Position numbers and translations under genes: made by a program. A DNA stretch of 64,000 nucleotides from an uncultured Candidatus Actinomarina sp. (lineage in GTDB: Bacteria; Actinomycetota; Acidimicrobiia; Actinomarinales; Actinomarinaceae), in contig CABXDL010000002.1 in NCBI GenBank assembly GCA_902510995.1, forward strand, positions 17,007 through 81,006, given 5' to 3'. Shown here in pieces: positions 38,922-49,343 of this stretch. The notes beneath the pieces are model-generated. The model ran no database searches and had not been told where the DNA came from. It worked only from the letters and a program-made list of their open reading frames with translations. Within the stretch, counting starts at the first letter, position 1; every line of letters begins with the position of its first letter.

Positions 38922-39518
38922 TTATAAACTAAAAATCTGACCTTTATCGTATCGTTCTAATGCATATTGAACAATTGGTCCTACTGTTAAAACCATCACA
39001 ACCGTTCCATAACCGTAGGAGCCACCAAGTAATACACCAATTACGAATGCTGTAAAATCAATTGCTATTCTTGTAGTTCTAATACTTGGACCCATTTTCG
39101 AAATACCTGTCATGATTCCATCTCTTGGGCCTGGTCCAAGGCCAGAACCTATGTATATTCCTACACCCATGGCAAATAGAACAGTGCCAAAATACAGATA
39201 TAAATGTCTAAGCCAAAATAACTCAGGAGTTGGCAAGAAGTACATAGTCAAATCAATTACATTACCGATTGTAAGTATGTTAATTATTGTTCCAATGAAA
39301 GGTTTTTGTTTTAAAGGTATCCAACCAAGAAGAAGAATAAATCCTGTAATGACTCCAGCAAATCCAATCTTAACATTTATCAGTTGACTAAAACCATCGT
39401 GAAAGACATCCCATGAATTTAATCCCAATTTAGCCTCAATGGTAAACGCAAGTCCAAAACCACATAAAAACAAACCGAACATTAATTGAGGTAACCTCTC
39501 TAGTATTTGTTTATTCAT
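38922..39518 (-). CDS. Polytopic membrane protein (YczE/YitT-like)
   Basis: Multi-TM ORF. The start at the ATG at 39518 gives an ATGAATAA overlap of 8 nt with the upstream gene. The start at 39545 in the track would overlap by 35 nt. Confidence 0.6.
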   Translation of the reverse strand: MNKQILERLPQLMFGLFLCGFGLAFTIEAKLGLNSWDVFHDGFSQLINVKIGFAGVITGFILLLGWIPLKQKPFIGTIINILTIGNVIDLTMYFLPTPELFWLRHLYLYFGTVLFAMGVGIYIGSGLGPGPRDGIMTGISKMGPSIRTTRIAIDFTAFVIGVLLGGSYGYGTVVMVLTVGPIVQYALERYDKGQIFSL

Positions 39519-39885
39519 TATTTCCAAATATTTCTTCCAAAACATTTATGTTCTCGGGACATAATTCATAAATAGACTGAAATCTTATTATTGGAATTAT
39601 TCTGTTTTCCTTTTTTACATCTATTCCATTTTGAAGAAGTATGTTTTGAATCGAAAGCAAAGATGTTTCTTCATCGATCCAATTATTTGCCTCAATACAG
39701 GCTGATTTACCAATTTCAATTGCGATTTCGTCATTGGAATCGCTAAGAGTTTTATCCGCATCAGCTATGCGCAATTGTTCTATATAGATATCACCAAAGT
39801 TTTCAGTATTAATAATTGAATAAATTATTATTCCAGTTACAAAAATAATAAAAATTAGGAAAACAATTCTTGTTATTTTATTCAC
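39511..39885 (-). CDS. Membrane-anchored hypothetical protein, possibly DUF732-like
   Basis: It has an N-terminal TM helix, and its two Cys residues lie in contexts (KSACIEA, YELCPEN) that resemble actinobacterial DUF732. Support is weak. Confidence 0.45.
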   Translation of the reverse strand: MNKITRIVFLIFIIFVTGIIIYSIINTENFGDIYIEQLRIADADKTLSDSNDEIAIEIGKSACIEANNWIDEETSLLSIQNILLQNGIDVKKENRIIPIIRFQSIYELCPENINVLEEIFGNNE

Positions 39886-39934
39886 AACTTCATTATTAAC
39901 TTGATCAGTATTTAAACCTAATTAAAAATAAAAG

Positions 39935-40016
39935 TACCCGGAGGGGGAGTCGAACCCCCACATCCGAAGATACTGGATTTTGAATCCAGCGCGTCTGCCA
40001 ATTCCGCCATCCGGGC
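39935..40016 (-). tRNA. tRNA-Leu (anticodon CAA), type II with long variable arm, no encoded CCA
   Basis: Hand-folded as acceptor GCCCGGA, D-arm GCG-GAATTGGCAGA-CGC, anticodon stem CTGGA/TCCAG with loop TTCAAAA, a 13-nt variable arm, and T-arm GGGGG-TTCGACT-CCCCC. Confidence 0.9.
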
Positions 40017-40084
40017 TTACTTAAAGATTATATTTGATATATCCAAAAATGAGAGAATTTATTTTTTAAGTTTACAATGGTTTA

Positions 40085-42589
40085 ATGGTTATTCTTGTTG
40101 ATGGATTTAGCGTTGCTTTTAGAGCTTTTTATGCTTTGCCAGAGACTCTAATGACTTCTCACGGAATCCCAACAAATCTTATTCATGGATTTCTCTCAAT
40201 GATTAATAAGGTAATAAATGAATACAAATCAGAACAAATGATTGTTACATGGGATTTACCTGGAAAAACATTTAGAAATGATATATATAAAGAATATAAA
40301 GCAAATAGATCTCCAGCACCTGATAATTTTAAGATACAGATACCTCTTTTACATGATTTATTAGATTCATTTAATATTCCACAGGTTTCAGAAGCAGGCT
40401 ACGAAGCTGATGATGTGCTCGGGTCTTTAGCAAAAAAATTTAATGAAACAGGTGAAGAAGTATTAATCGTTACAGGAGATAGAGACACTTTTCAGTTAAT
40501 ATCAAAAAAAACAAAAATACTTTATACAAAAAAAGGAATATCTGAAATAGATATAGTTGATGAAAAATTTTTTAATAATAAATTTGGATTTAAAACAAAT
40601 CAGTATGTTGAATACTTAGCTTTAAAAGGAGATCCTTCAGATAATATTCCTGGTTTATCTGGGGTAGGAGAAAAAACAGCGTCGTCATTATTGAAAAAAT
40701 ATAAAACGATAGATGGAATTTATAAAAATTTAAATGATTTAACACCAAAAATAAAAAATTCATTTGAAAAAAATAAAGAACTATTAAAAACTAGCAAAGA
40801 GCTAGCAACTATTAGAACGGACTTAAAAATAAAATTACCAAATGTAAAATTAAAAGATACAGCATATTTTTCTGATGAAGTTCTAGAAGATTCTCAAGAT
40901 AAAGTAAGAGAGCTTGAATTAAATAAATACATTACGTCCTCATCAAATAGTGAAAAAGTAGATGATACTAACAACGAAGAAGTCAAAGAAATAAAATGTT
41001 CTGAAAAATTAACTGGTAACCATTTAGTTTTTTATTATGAGGATGAGCTTTATTTTGTGAATACTAATAATTACGGTAAATATTTAGGTCAATTATCAGA
41101 ATTAGATAAATTTATATCATTGAATTCTCAAAAACTTATAAATACAACTAATGAAGAAATCAAAAATATAGAATTTGATGCGTATGATTGTATGCTTTTT
41201 TTAAAAGATCCTAGCATTAGGCCTGATAACTTACTGAATGTTTCAAAACATATTGATAGAACAAGTAAAATTACAAATAAATCAGAAGTTATTGATTATC
41301 TTAAATATTTCAAAAAACATTTTCTATTTATAACTAAGGAAGTAGAAGCATTTAAAAAAGACAAAAAACTTTTTAGATTATATCAAGATTTAGATTTTCC
41401 ACTTTTAGCAATATTAGATTCTATGAATAAAAAAGGAGTGAAGGTATCTAAAAGCAAGATAGAAATACTATCTAAAGAAATTAATAGTGAGCTAGATTTA
41501 TTTGATAAAGAAATAAAGAAGATAACAAATAAAGATTTTAATTTAAATTCTCCTAAACAATTAGCTGAAATTCTATATGTTGATATGGGATATCCAGTAA
41601 TTAAAAAAACACCAAAAGGTGCGCCATCAACAGATGCTTCAGTTTTAGATGAATTATCTAAATCTCACGAACTACCAAAAATAATTTTGAAATATAGGGA
41701 GTATGAAAAACTTAGATCAACATATATCGAAGGATTAAAAAATGAAATAGTAAAAAATAGAGTTCATACCTCATATAATTTATTTGGAACAACTACAGGG
41801 AGACTTTCTTCAGAAAAACCAAATTTACAAAATATACCAAATAAAACTGCAATAGGTCAAAAAATTAGAGAGTTTTTTGTAGCTGACACAAATCATGTAT
41901 TTATAATTGCTGATTATTCGCAAATAGAATTGAGAGTACTTGCACACTTAAGTAAAGATGAGAATATGATAACTATGTTAAAAAATAAGGATTCAGATAT
42001 ACACTCTGAAACTGCATCACGGATATTCGATACTGACATTCAATCCGTTTCAAAAGATATGAGAAGGAAAGCCAAAGAAGTAAATTTTGGATTAATTTAT
42101 GGAATGGAATCATTTGGCTTGTCTAAAAGTTTAAACATTCCAAAAAAAGAAGCTACTGAGTTAATTGATTCTTATTTCAATCAATTTCCAAAAATAAAAG
42201 GATATTTAGAATCTATTGTAAAAGGTGCAGAGGCGTCTACTTTTACACAAACCCTTTACGGAAGGAAGAGATTTGTTAGAGAATTAGCATCTACTAATTT
42301 TCAACTAAAAGCAATGGGTAAAAGAATTGCAATGAATGCACCTATTCAAGGTACAGCATCTGACATAATGAAAATATCTATGATAAAACTTGAAGATAAA
42401 ATTAAAAATCTAAACTCTACAAGTATTCTTTTACAAATACATGATGAGATAATTATCCAAACTCCTAATGAAATTGCAACTAAAACCGCAAAGTTAGTTC
42501 AAAAAGAAATGGAAAACGCAACAACTCTAGACGTACCTTTATTTGTTGATGTAAAACAAAATAAAAATTTAGCTAATTTTAATAATTAG
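40085..42589 (+). CDS. polA: DNA polymerase I
   Basis: 834 aa with an N-terminal 5'-3' exonuclease domain (LVDGFSVAFRAFYAL, GDRDTFQL, GVGEKTA) and C-terminal family A polymerase motifs (DYSQIELRVLAH, RRKAKEVNFGLIYG, QIHDE). I could not see the classical 3'-5' exonuclease DxE / YxxxD motifs in the middle region. Confidence 0.95.
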   Translation: MVILVDGFSVAFRAFYALPETLMTSHGIPTNLIHGFLSMINKVINEYKSEQMIVTWDLPGKTFRNDIYKEYKANRSPAPDNFKIQIPLLHDLLDSFNIPQVSEAGYEADDVLGSLAKKFNETGEEVLIVTGDRDTFQLISKKTKILYTKKGISEIDIVDEKFFNNKFGFKTNQYVEYLALKGDPSDNIPGLSGVGEKTASSLLKKYKTIDGIYKNLNDLTPKIKNSFEKNKELLKTSKELATIRTDLKIKLPNVKLKDTAYFSDEVLEDSQDKVRELELNKYITSSSNSEKVDDTNNEEVKEIKCSEKLTGNHLVFYYEDELYFVNTNNYGKYLGQLSELDKFISLNSQKLINTTNEEIKNIEFDAYDCMLFLKDPSIRPDNLLNVSKHIDRTSKITNKSEVIDYLKYFKKHFLFITKEVEAFKKDKKLFRLYQDLDFPLLAILDSMNKKGVKVSKSKIEILSKEINSELDLFDKEIKKITNKDFNLNSPKQLAEILYVDMGYPVIKKTPKGAPSTDASVLDELSKSHELPKIILKYREYEKLRSTYIEGLKNEIVKNRVHTSYNLFGTTTGRLSSEKPNLQNIPNKTAIGQKIREFFVADTNHVFIIADYSQIELRVLAHLSKDENMITMLKNKDSDIHSETASRIFDTDIQSVSKDMRRKAKEVNFGLIYGMESFGLSKSLNIPKKEATELIDSYFNQFPKIKGYLESIVKGAEASTFTQTLYGRKRFVRELASTNFQLKAMGKRIAMNAPIQGTASDIMKISMIKLEDKIKNLNSTSILLQIHDEIIIQTPNEIATKTAKLVQKEMENATTLDVPLFVDVKQNKNLANFNN

Positions 42590-42605
42590 TTTGTAAATAT
42601 CATAG

Positions 42606-42654
42606 ATATGTTATTCTAAAAGTCGCAATACTATGATTGGAAAAAATAACATAT
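42606..42654 (+). promoter_or_regulatory. Inverted repeat spanning the rpsA 5' leader
   Basis: ATATGTTATT (42606-42615) is the perfect reverse complement of AATAACATAT (42645-42654). The right arm ends 1 nt before the rpsA ATG, and no obvious SD is present. Confidence 0.3.
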
Positions 42655-42655
42655 T

Positions 42656-43945
42656 ATGACAGATAATTTAGATGAGAAATCTAATACTTCGAATGTCGTT
42701 CAGATTCCAGATGATGCAAAGCCTGAGGACTTCCCAGATCTTCTAGAGAAAACTATTATTACATTCAACACTGGTGATGTAATTGAAGGTAAGGTAGTAA
42801 GAATTGATCGAAATGAAATATTTGTCGATGTAGGTTATAAATCCGAAGGAGTCGTACCTTCAAGAGAGTTAACAGTCAGAAAATCTGTAAATCCTAATGA
42901 GATAGTTAAAGAAGGTCAAAAGATAAAAGCCTTGGTACTAGATAAAGAAGATGATGAAGGAAGATTGTTGCTGTCAGTTAAAAGAGCGATGTATGAAAAA
43001 GCATGGGGTGACATACAAGAAGTAGCTGATAATAAAACGTCAATAAAAGGAACTGTAATTGAATCAGTAAAAGGCGGATTGATTGTAGACATAGGAGTAA
43101 GGGGATTCTTACCGGCATCTTTAATAGACGTGAGAAGGGTAAAAGAATTAAATACATATATTGGTGAAGAAATTGAAGCTAAAATTCTTGAACTCGATAG
43201 ATCAAGAAATAATATAGTTCTATCAAGAAAAGCTCACCTAGAAGAAGAGCAATCTGAAGAAAGACAAGGATTTCTAGAAGATTTAGAAGTCGGAGATATT
43301 AAAGAAGGTAAAGTTTCTTCAATAGTAAATTTTGGAGCTTTCGTAGATATTGGAGGTATGGATGGACTAGTTCATGTGTCTGAACTTTCATGGAGACACG
43401 TTGAAAATCCAAACGAAATTGTTAAAGTTGGCGATACAGCAAACGTTAAAGTATTAGAAATTGATAATGATAAAGAAAGGATATCCCTCTCTATCAAACA
43501 AGTAACTGAAGATCCTTGGCTAGATTTTGAATCAAGCTTTCAAGAAGAAGATATCGCTGAAGGTGAAGTAACAAAAGTTGTACCTTTTGGATCATTTGTA
43601 ACAATTGGAAAAGGTGTAGAGGGTCTTGTACATGTGTCAGAAATATCTATTGATAAAGTTGATTCACCGGAACTAGTTTTAGCAATTGGACAAAAAGTAA
43701 AAGTAAAAATTATCGAATTAGATATTCCAAAAAGGAGAGTCAACCTTTCAATCAAGCAAGCAGATCCCAATTGGAAAGAAACAGAAGAGAAAAAAAATAA
43801 GCCAAAAACACATTCTTCCCAGTCAGATGATAAACCTGAAAAAGATGAGACAAAATCTACTCGTCAAAAAGTAGAAGGAGTTGATGAATCTTTAGACAAT
43901 ATACTCCAAGAGCTTAAAGACCGCGGGATAGGTAATACAGACTAG
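42656..43945 (+). CDS. rpsA: 30S ribosomal protein S1
   Basis: 429 aa with four S1 domains (repeated GxVxxxxxFGAFVDIGG-type segments) and a charged C-terminal tail. Confidence 0.95.
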   Translation: MTDNLDEKSNTSNVVQIPDDAKPEDFPDLLEKTIITFNTGDVIEGKVVRIDRNEIFVDVGYKSEGVVPSRELTVRKSVNPNEIVKEGQKIKALVLDKEDDEGRLLLSVKRAMYEKAWGDIQEVADNKTSIKGTVIESVKGGLIVDIGVRGFLPASLIDVRRVKELNTYIGEEIEAKILELDRSRNNIVLSRKAHLEEEQSEERQGFLEDLEVGDIKEGKVSSIVNFGAFVDIGGMDGLVHVSELSWRHVENPNEIVKVGDTANVKVLEIDNDKERISLSIKQVTEDPWLDFESSFQEEDIAEGEVTKVVPFGSFVTIGKGVEGLVHVSEISIDKVDSPELVLAIGQKVKVKIIELDIPKRRVNLSIKQADPNWKETEEKKNKPKTHSSQSDDKPEKDETKSTRQKVEGVDESLDNILQELKDRGIGNTD

Positions 43946-43978
43946 ATTTAAATTTAATTATTACGTATTCTTATACGT

Positions 43979-44539
43979 ATGGAAAATAAAGCAATAATAG
44001 TAACTGGACCAATTGGAAGTGGTAAATCAACAGCATTATCAATAATTAAAAAATTAGGTTTCAATACAGTTGACTTAGATGAAATTTCAGAGGCTATATT
44101 AACAAGTGATAAATCAAAAGAATTTTTGCTGAAAAATTTTCCAACATCAATTGTTAATAGTGAAATATCAAAAAAAATAATTGCAGAGATAGTGTTCAAA
44201 GATAGATCGCAACTTGAAAAATTAGAAAATTTTTTACATCCTAAAATTATGAAAAACTTAAATGAAATAATTAAAAAGAATAATGATATAACTTTCATTG
44301 AAGTTTCTGCACCAAAAAATATACTCAAAGATTTTAAAACGTTAGTTATTTGGTCATCGCAAGATGATAGGGTAGAAAGACTAAAAAACAGAAACATGGA
44401 AATTGATGATATAAGAAATAGAATTAACTCTCAACCCAATGATGGTTGGTGGCTATCGATTGGTACAGTAGTCAAAAATAATAATTTAGACCAACTAGAA
44501 GATGAAATTAAAAAATATCTAGACAGTCATTTAAAATGA
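43979..44539 (+). CDS. coaE: Dephospho-CoA kinase
   Basis: Has the P-loop GPIGSGKST and the LHPKI segment. It lies in the conserved actinobacterial position between rpsA and uvrB. Confidence 0.85.
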   Translation: MENKAIIVTGPIGSGKSTALSIIKKLGFNTVDLDEISEAILTSDKSKEFLLKNFPTSIVNSEISKKIIAEIVFKDRSQLEKLENFLHPKIMKNLNEIIKKNNDITFIEVSAPKNILKDFKTLVIWSSQDDRVERLKNRNMEIDDIRNRINSQPNDGWWLSIGTVVKNNNLDQLEDEIKKYLDSHLK

Positions 44540-46533
44540 CAAAATTTCAAGTTGTTTCTGAATTTAAACCTGAAGGAGACCAACCTAAAGCTATAGAAAA
44601 ATTAAAAAAAGGGATTGGTAAAGGTTATGATTTCCAAACTTTAAAGGGGATAACAGGATCTGGAAAATCTGCGACCATTGCATGGTTAATTGAGGAACTT
44701 CAAATGCCTTCTCTTGTATTAGCGCCGAACAAAGCATTAGCTGCTCAGTTGGCTAATGAATTTAAACAATTTTTTCCTAAGAATAGGGTTGAATATTTTG
44801 TTTCATACTATGACTATTATCAGCCTGAAGCTTATGTGCCAAGAAGCGATACTTTTATAGAAAAAGATGCCAATATAAATGAAGAAATTGACAGGTTAAG
44901 GCACTCAGCAACAAGTGCTTTACTTATGAGAGAAGATGTAATTGTTGTTTCATCTGTGTCATGTATATATGGTCTAGGTTCTCCAGATGAGTATAAAAAT
45001 AAAATAATTCCAATTATTAAAGGTCAAGAATTTGATTTAGATACATTGTTAACAAAATTAATTAAGCAGCAGTACATTAGGAATGATATTGTAGTTACAA
45101 GGGGGTCTTTTAGGTTAAAGGGAGATACGTTAGATATTTTTCCAGTATATGAAGAAACAATTTATCGTATTGAATTTTTTGGTGATGAAGTTGAAAGTAT
45201 TTCAAGAATTCATCCTGTAACTGGTGAAATATTAGAAAAGTTAAGTGAGTTAGCTATATTACCTGCTTCACATTATGTATCTTCAGAAAAAACTGTTAAA
45301 GAAGCATTAAAAAAAATAGAATTAGATATGAATAGTCAAATAAAGAAATTTGAAAGTAATAACAAATTACTTGAAGCTCAGAGAATTAAACAAAGAACAA
45401 TGTTTGATCTTGAAATGTTGAGGGAATTAGGCGTTTGTTCGGGTGTAGAAAATTATTCTAGATATTTCGATGGAAGAAAAGAAGGAGAAGCACCTCATAC
45501 TTTAATTGATTTTTTCCCTGAAGAGTTCCTAATGGTTGTAGATGAAAGTCATATTGCTATACCACAAATAAAAGGACAATATGAAGGAGATAAGTCTAGG
45601 AAAACTACACTAGTTGATTATGGTTTTAGACTTCCAGCTGCCTTAGACAATAGACCTCTAAAATTTGAGGAATGGCAACAAAAAGTTTCAAAAACAATTT
45701 TAGTATCTGCTACTCCAGGTAAGTGGGAAAATGCAAATTCAAAAGAATTTGTAGAACAAATAATTAGACCAACAGGATTACTAGACCCATCAGTGATTAT
45801 TAAACCTACAACTAATCAAATTGATGATTTAATAAACGAAATACAATCTGTAATTAATAATGGAAATAGAGTTTTAGTAACAACATTAACAAAAAAAATG
45901 AGTGAATCATTAAGTGACTATTTCTTAAAAATGGGTCTTAAGACTAGATATTTACATTCTGATATAGACACTTTGGAAAGAATAGAAATTTTAAGAGATT
46001 TAAGAAAAGGAGAGTTCGATGTTCTAGTAGGAATTAACTTACTTAGAGAAGGTTTAGATTTGCCTGAAGTACAGCTTGTAGCAATTATGGATGCGGATAA
46101 AGAAGGTTTTTTAAGATCTGAAACAAGTTTAATCCAAACAATAGGTAGAGCAGCTAGAAATAAAGACGGTTATGTAATAATGTACGCAGACAAAATGACA
46201 GATTCAATAACTAAAGCAGTATTTGAAACAAACAGAAGAAGAGATATACAAGAAAAACATAATGAAAAATATGGAATAAATCCTGAGACAATCAGAAAAG
46301 AGATTACTGATATTCTTGAGTTAGTTGAAAGAAATAGACCATCAAAAGAAAACATAAAATTAAGATCAGATACCAATTTAAAGAATGTGTCAAAAGATGA
46401 TCTATATAAAATATCTAAAGATATTGAGAAAGAAATGCATTTAGCTGCTGATTTATTAGAGTTTGAAGTTGCAGCTAGATTAAGAGATGAATTGAAAGAT
46501 ATAAAAAAAGAGATTATGGAGCTTCCTAAGTAA
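44536..46533 (+). CDS. uvrB: Excinuclease ABC subunit B
   Basis: 665 aa with helicase motifs (GITGSGKS, DESH), a beta-hairpin region and a C-terminal UVR domain (FEVAARLRDEL). Confidence 0.97.
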   Translation: MTKFQVVSEFKPEGDQPKAIEKLKKGIGKGYDFQTLKGITGSGKSATIAWLIEELQMPSLVLAPNKALAAQLANEFKQFFPKNRVEYFVSYYDYYQPEAYVPRSDTFIEKDANINEEIDRLRHSATSALLMREDVIVVSSVSCIYGLGSPDEYKNKIIPIIKGQEFDLDTLLTKLIKQQYIRNDIVVTRGSFRLKGDTLDIFPVYEETIYRIEFFGDEVESISRIHPVTGEILEKLSELAILPASHYVSSEKTVKEALKKIELDMNSQIKKFESNNKLLEAQRIKQRTMFDLEMLRELGVCSGVENYSRYFDGRKEGEAPHTLIDFFPEEFLMVVDESHIAIPQIKGQYEGDKSRKTTLVDYGFRLPAALDNRPLKFEEWQQKVSKTILVSATPGKWENANSKEFVEQIIRPTGLLDPSVIIKPTTNQIDDLINEIQSVINNGNRVLVTTLTKKMSESLSDYFLKMGLKTRYLHSDIDTLERIEILRDLRKGEFDVLVGINLLREGLDLPEVQLVAIMDADKEGFLRSETSLIQTIGRAARNKDGYVIMYADKMTDSITKAVFETNRRRDIQEKHNEKYGINPETIRKEITDILELVERNRPSKENIKLRSDTNLKNVSKDDLYKISKDIEKEMHLAADLLEFEVAARLRDELKDIKKEIMELPK

Positions 46534-49343
46534 TGAGTAAAGATTACTTAAAAATAAAAGGTGCAAAAGAGCATAATTTAAAAAATATTTCTGTAGATAT
46601 TCCTAAGAATGAGTTTGTTGTTATAACTGGGTTATCTGGTTCAGGAAAGTCTTCTCTTGCTTTTGATACAATTTATGCAGAAGGTCAACGAAGATATGTT
46701 GAAAGCCTATCAGCATATGCGCGACAATTTTTAGGGCAAATGGAAAAGCCAAATGTAGAAAGTATAGAGGGTCTTTCACCAGCTATAGCAATAGATCAAA
46801 AAACTTCTTCTAGAAGCCCTCGCTCAACAGTAGGAACAGTAACTGAAGTTCACGATTACTTAAGATTATTATGGGCAAGAATTGGAATAAGTTTTTGTCC
46901 AATATGCGGAACAAAAATTCAAAAACAATCAGTTGATTTTATAGTTAATCAAGTATTAAAAATAGGAAATGAAATTAACATCGAAATTCTTGCACCGGTG
47001 GTTAAGTCTCGTAAAGGTGAATTTGAAAATTTGTTTAAAAATTTACTTAAAGATGGTTTTAGTAGAGCATATATAGATGGTGAACTTACAAGATTAGATG
47101 AAGCTAAAAAATTAGATAGATATTTCAATCATGATATTTCTGTAGTTGTTGATAGAGTTAAAATTAAAAAAACTGCAGGAAGAAGGTTACCTCAATCTAT
47201 AGAGGCTGCTCTTAAATTAACAGATGGAATAATCGATATAAAAATAGATGACGAAGTAAAAAACTTTAGTCAAAATTTAGGATGTAAAGAATGCGAGACG
47301 TCATATGGTGAACTTGAGCCTAGAGATTTTTCATTTAACTCACCTTTTGGAGCTTGCGATTTTTGTAATGGATTAGGAGTAAATTATGAAATTGATGAAA
47401 ATTTACTTCTAAAAGATACAACTTTATCAATAAAAGAAAATGTTTTTCCTGAGATGTCTTTTCGTAGATATTTTCGAGCACAAATTAATGGAGTTTGTGA
47501 ATATTTTGAAATACCAAAAGATGTAGCTTATGAAGAATTATCAAAAAATGATAAAGATATATTACTTTTTGGAACTGATGGTATTAAAACTCCAATAAAT
47601 TATACAAATAGATTTGGTAACTCAAGATCTTGGAATAAAGAATTTCCTGGGGTTATACCATTATTTAAAAAAATATATGAAGAAACAAGTTCTGATAAAA
47701 GAAGAGATTATTATATGCAATTCATGAGGGAACTTGATTGTGGAGAATGTGATGGCGAAAGACTTAACGAGAGATCAAGAAATGTAAAAGTTAAAACAAT
47801 AACACTTGGAGAATTTAATAAACTTTCTATAAAAAAAGCATACGAAGTTATAAATAATTTAAAACTTTCTGGCAACTCAAAAGAAATTGCTGAAGCAATT
47901 TTAAGAGAAATTAAAGAAAGATTAAGTTTCCTTAATGAAGTTGGTTTAGGTTATTTACAACTTAATAGAGGCGCAATAACACTTTCAGGTGGTGAAGCTC
48001 AAAGAATTAGATTAGCTACACAGATTGGCTCAGGATTAACTGGGGTGTTGTATGTTTTGGATGAACCTTCTATTGGTTTACACCAGTCAGATAATAAAAA
48101 ATTGATCAATACCTTATTAAAACTAAAAAACCTAGGTAATACAGTATTGGTTGTTGAACATGACGAAGAAACAATGAAAAGTTCTGATTATTTGATTGAT
48201 ATTGGTTGGGGTGCTGGAGAAGATGGTGGAAGTATTGTTGGTGCTGGAGATTGGAATACAATATCTAAAAATAAAAAATCAATTACAGGAAGATATCTTT
48301 CAGGAAAATTAAAAGTACCATATCCAAAAATTAGAAGAAATGGCAATGAAGGAAAAATAGTGATAAGAGGTGCTAAAGAAAATAATTTAAAAAACATCAC
48401 AGCAGAATTTCCTTTGGGAAAATTTGTATCAGTAACTGGTGTGTCAGGAAGCGGAAAATCAACATTAGTTTCTGAAATCTTAGCTAAAGCTATAAATAAT
48501 GAATTTACAAGAAAAAATTGGAACCCTCCAGGAATACACAAAAGTATAAGTGGATTGAATTATATAGATAAATTAATTGAAATTGATCAATCACCAATAG
48601 GGCGTACTCCAAGGTCAAATCCAGCTACTTATTCTGGGGTATTTGACATGATTAGAAAGCTTTACTCTCTAACTGAGGAATCAAAAATAAGAGGTTATAA
48701 ACCAGGCAGATTCTCTTTTAATGTACCTGGTGGTAGATGTGAGTCATGTAAAGGTGACGGCACAATTAAAGTTGAAATGTACTTTTTACCCGATGTTTAT
48801 GTTATGTGTGAAGATTGCAATGGTTCACGATATAACCCAGAGACTTTAAGTATTAAATGGAAAGGAAATAGCATTGCAGACATATTAAATTCTACTGTAG
48901 AAAATTCTCTAAAAATATTTGAAAATCAACCAAAAATATATCGTATTATAAAAACATTAGATGATGTTGGATTGTCTTATATTACTCTAGGGCAATCAGC
49001 TACAACTCTTTCAGGAGGGGAAGCTCAAAGAGTGAAGCTAGCAAAAGAATTGAGTAAAAGATCTACTGGTAAAACAATGTATATTCTAGACGAACCAACA
49101 ACAGGGTTACATTTTGCAGACGTACAAAAACTAATGGAAGTCTTGCATATGCTTGTAGACAAAGGTAACACTGTAGTAGTAATTGAACATAATTTAGATG
49201 TTATAAAAAATTCCGATTGGATAATTGACCTTGGCCCTGAAGGTGGAGAAAATGGTGGAAAAATAATTACAGAAGGAACTCCAGAAAGTGTAGTTGGTGA
49301 TAAAAAATCCTTAACTGGGAAACACCTTAAATCAGTTTTATAA
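46533..49343 (+). CDS. uvrA: Excinuclease ABC subunit A
   Basis: 936 aa with two ABC ATPase modules ([18 protein letters not shown], two LSGGEAQR signatures) and zinc-finger Cys clusters. Confidence 0.97.
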   Translation: MSKDYLKIKGAKEHNLKNISVDIPKNEFVVITGLSGSGKSSLAFDTIYAEGQRRYVESLSAYARQFLGQMEKPNVESIEGLSPAIAIDQKTSSRSPRSTVGTVTEVHDYLRLLWARIGISFCPICGTKIQKQSVDFIVNQVLKIGNEINIEILAPVVKSRKGEFENLFKNLLKDGFSRAYIDGELTRLDEAKKLDRYFNHDISVVVDRVKIKKTAGRRLPQSIEAALKLTDGIIDIKIDDEVKNFSQNLGCKECETSYGELEPRDFSFNSPFGACDFCNGLGVNYEIDENLLLKDTTLSIKENVFPEMSFRRYFRAQINGVCEYFEIPKDVAYEELSKNDKDILLFGTDGIKTPINYTNRFGNSRSWNKEFPGVIPLFKKIYEETSSDKRRDYYMQFMRELDCGECDGERLNERSRNVKVKTITLGEFNKLSIKKAYEVINNLKLSGNSKEIAEAILREIKERLSFLNEVGLGYLQLNRGAITLSGGEAQRIRLATQIGSGLTGVLYVLDEPSIGLHQSDNKKLINTLLKLKNLGNTVLVVEHDEETMKSSDYLIDIGWGAGEDGGSIVGAGDWNTISKNKKSITGRYLSGKLKVPYPKIRRNGNEGKIVIRGAKENNLKNITAEFPLGKFVSVTGVSGSGKSTLVSEILAKAINNEFTRKNWNPPGIHKSISGLNYIDKLIEIDQSPIGRTPRSNPATYSGVFDMIRKLYSLTEESKIRGYKPGRFSFNVPGGRCESCKGDGTIKVEMYFLPDVYVMCEDCNGSRYNPETLSIKWKGNSIADILNSTVENSLKIFENQPKIYRIIKTLDDVGLSYITLGQSATTLSGGEAQRVKLAKELSKRSTGKTMYILDEPTTGLHFADVQKLMEVLHMLVDKGNTVVVIEHNLDVIKNSDWIIDLGPEGGENGGKIITEGTPESVVGDKKSLTGKHLKSVL

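Noticed and set aside
43963-43978. A small hairpin, ACGTAT-TCTT-ATACGT, just before the coaE ATG, considered as a possible rpsA terminator.
   Set aside because: It has a 6-bp A/T-rich stem and no U-run, and it abuts the next start codon. This is indistinguishable from chance.
43954-44397. A 147-codon ORF antisense to coaE, unusually long for an AT-rich genome.
   Set aside because: Its product is low-complexity Phe/Ser/Ile/Leu-rich sequence. That is the expected mirror of a Lys/Glu/Asn-rich sense frame. The sense strand encodes a convincing dephospho-CoA kinase with a P-loop, and the antisense ORF has no start context or family resemblance.
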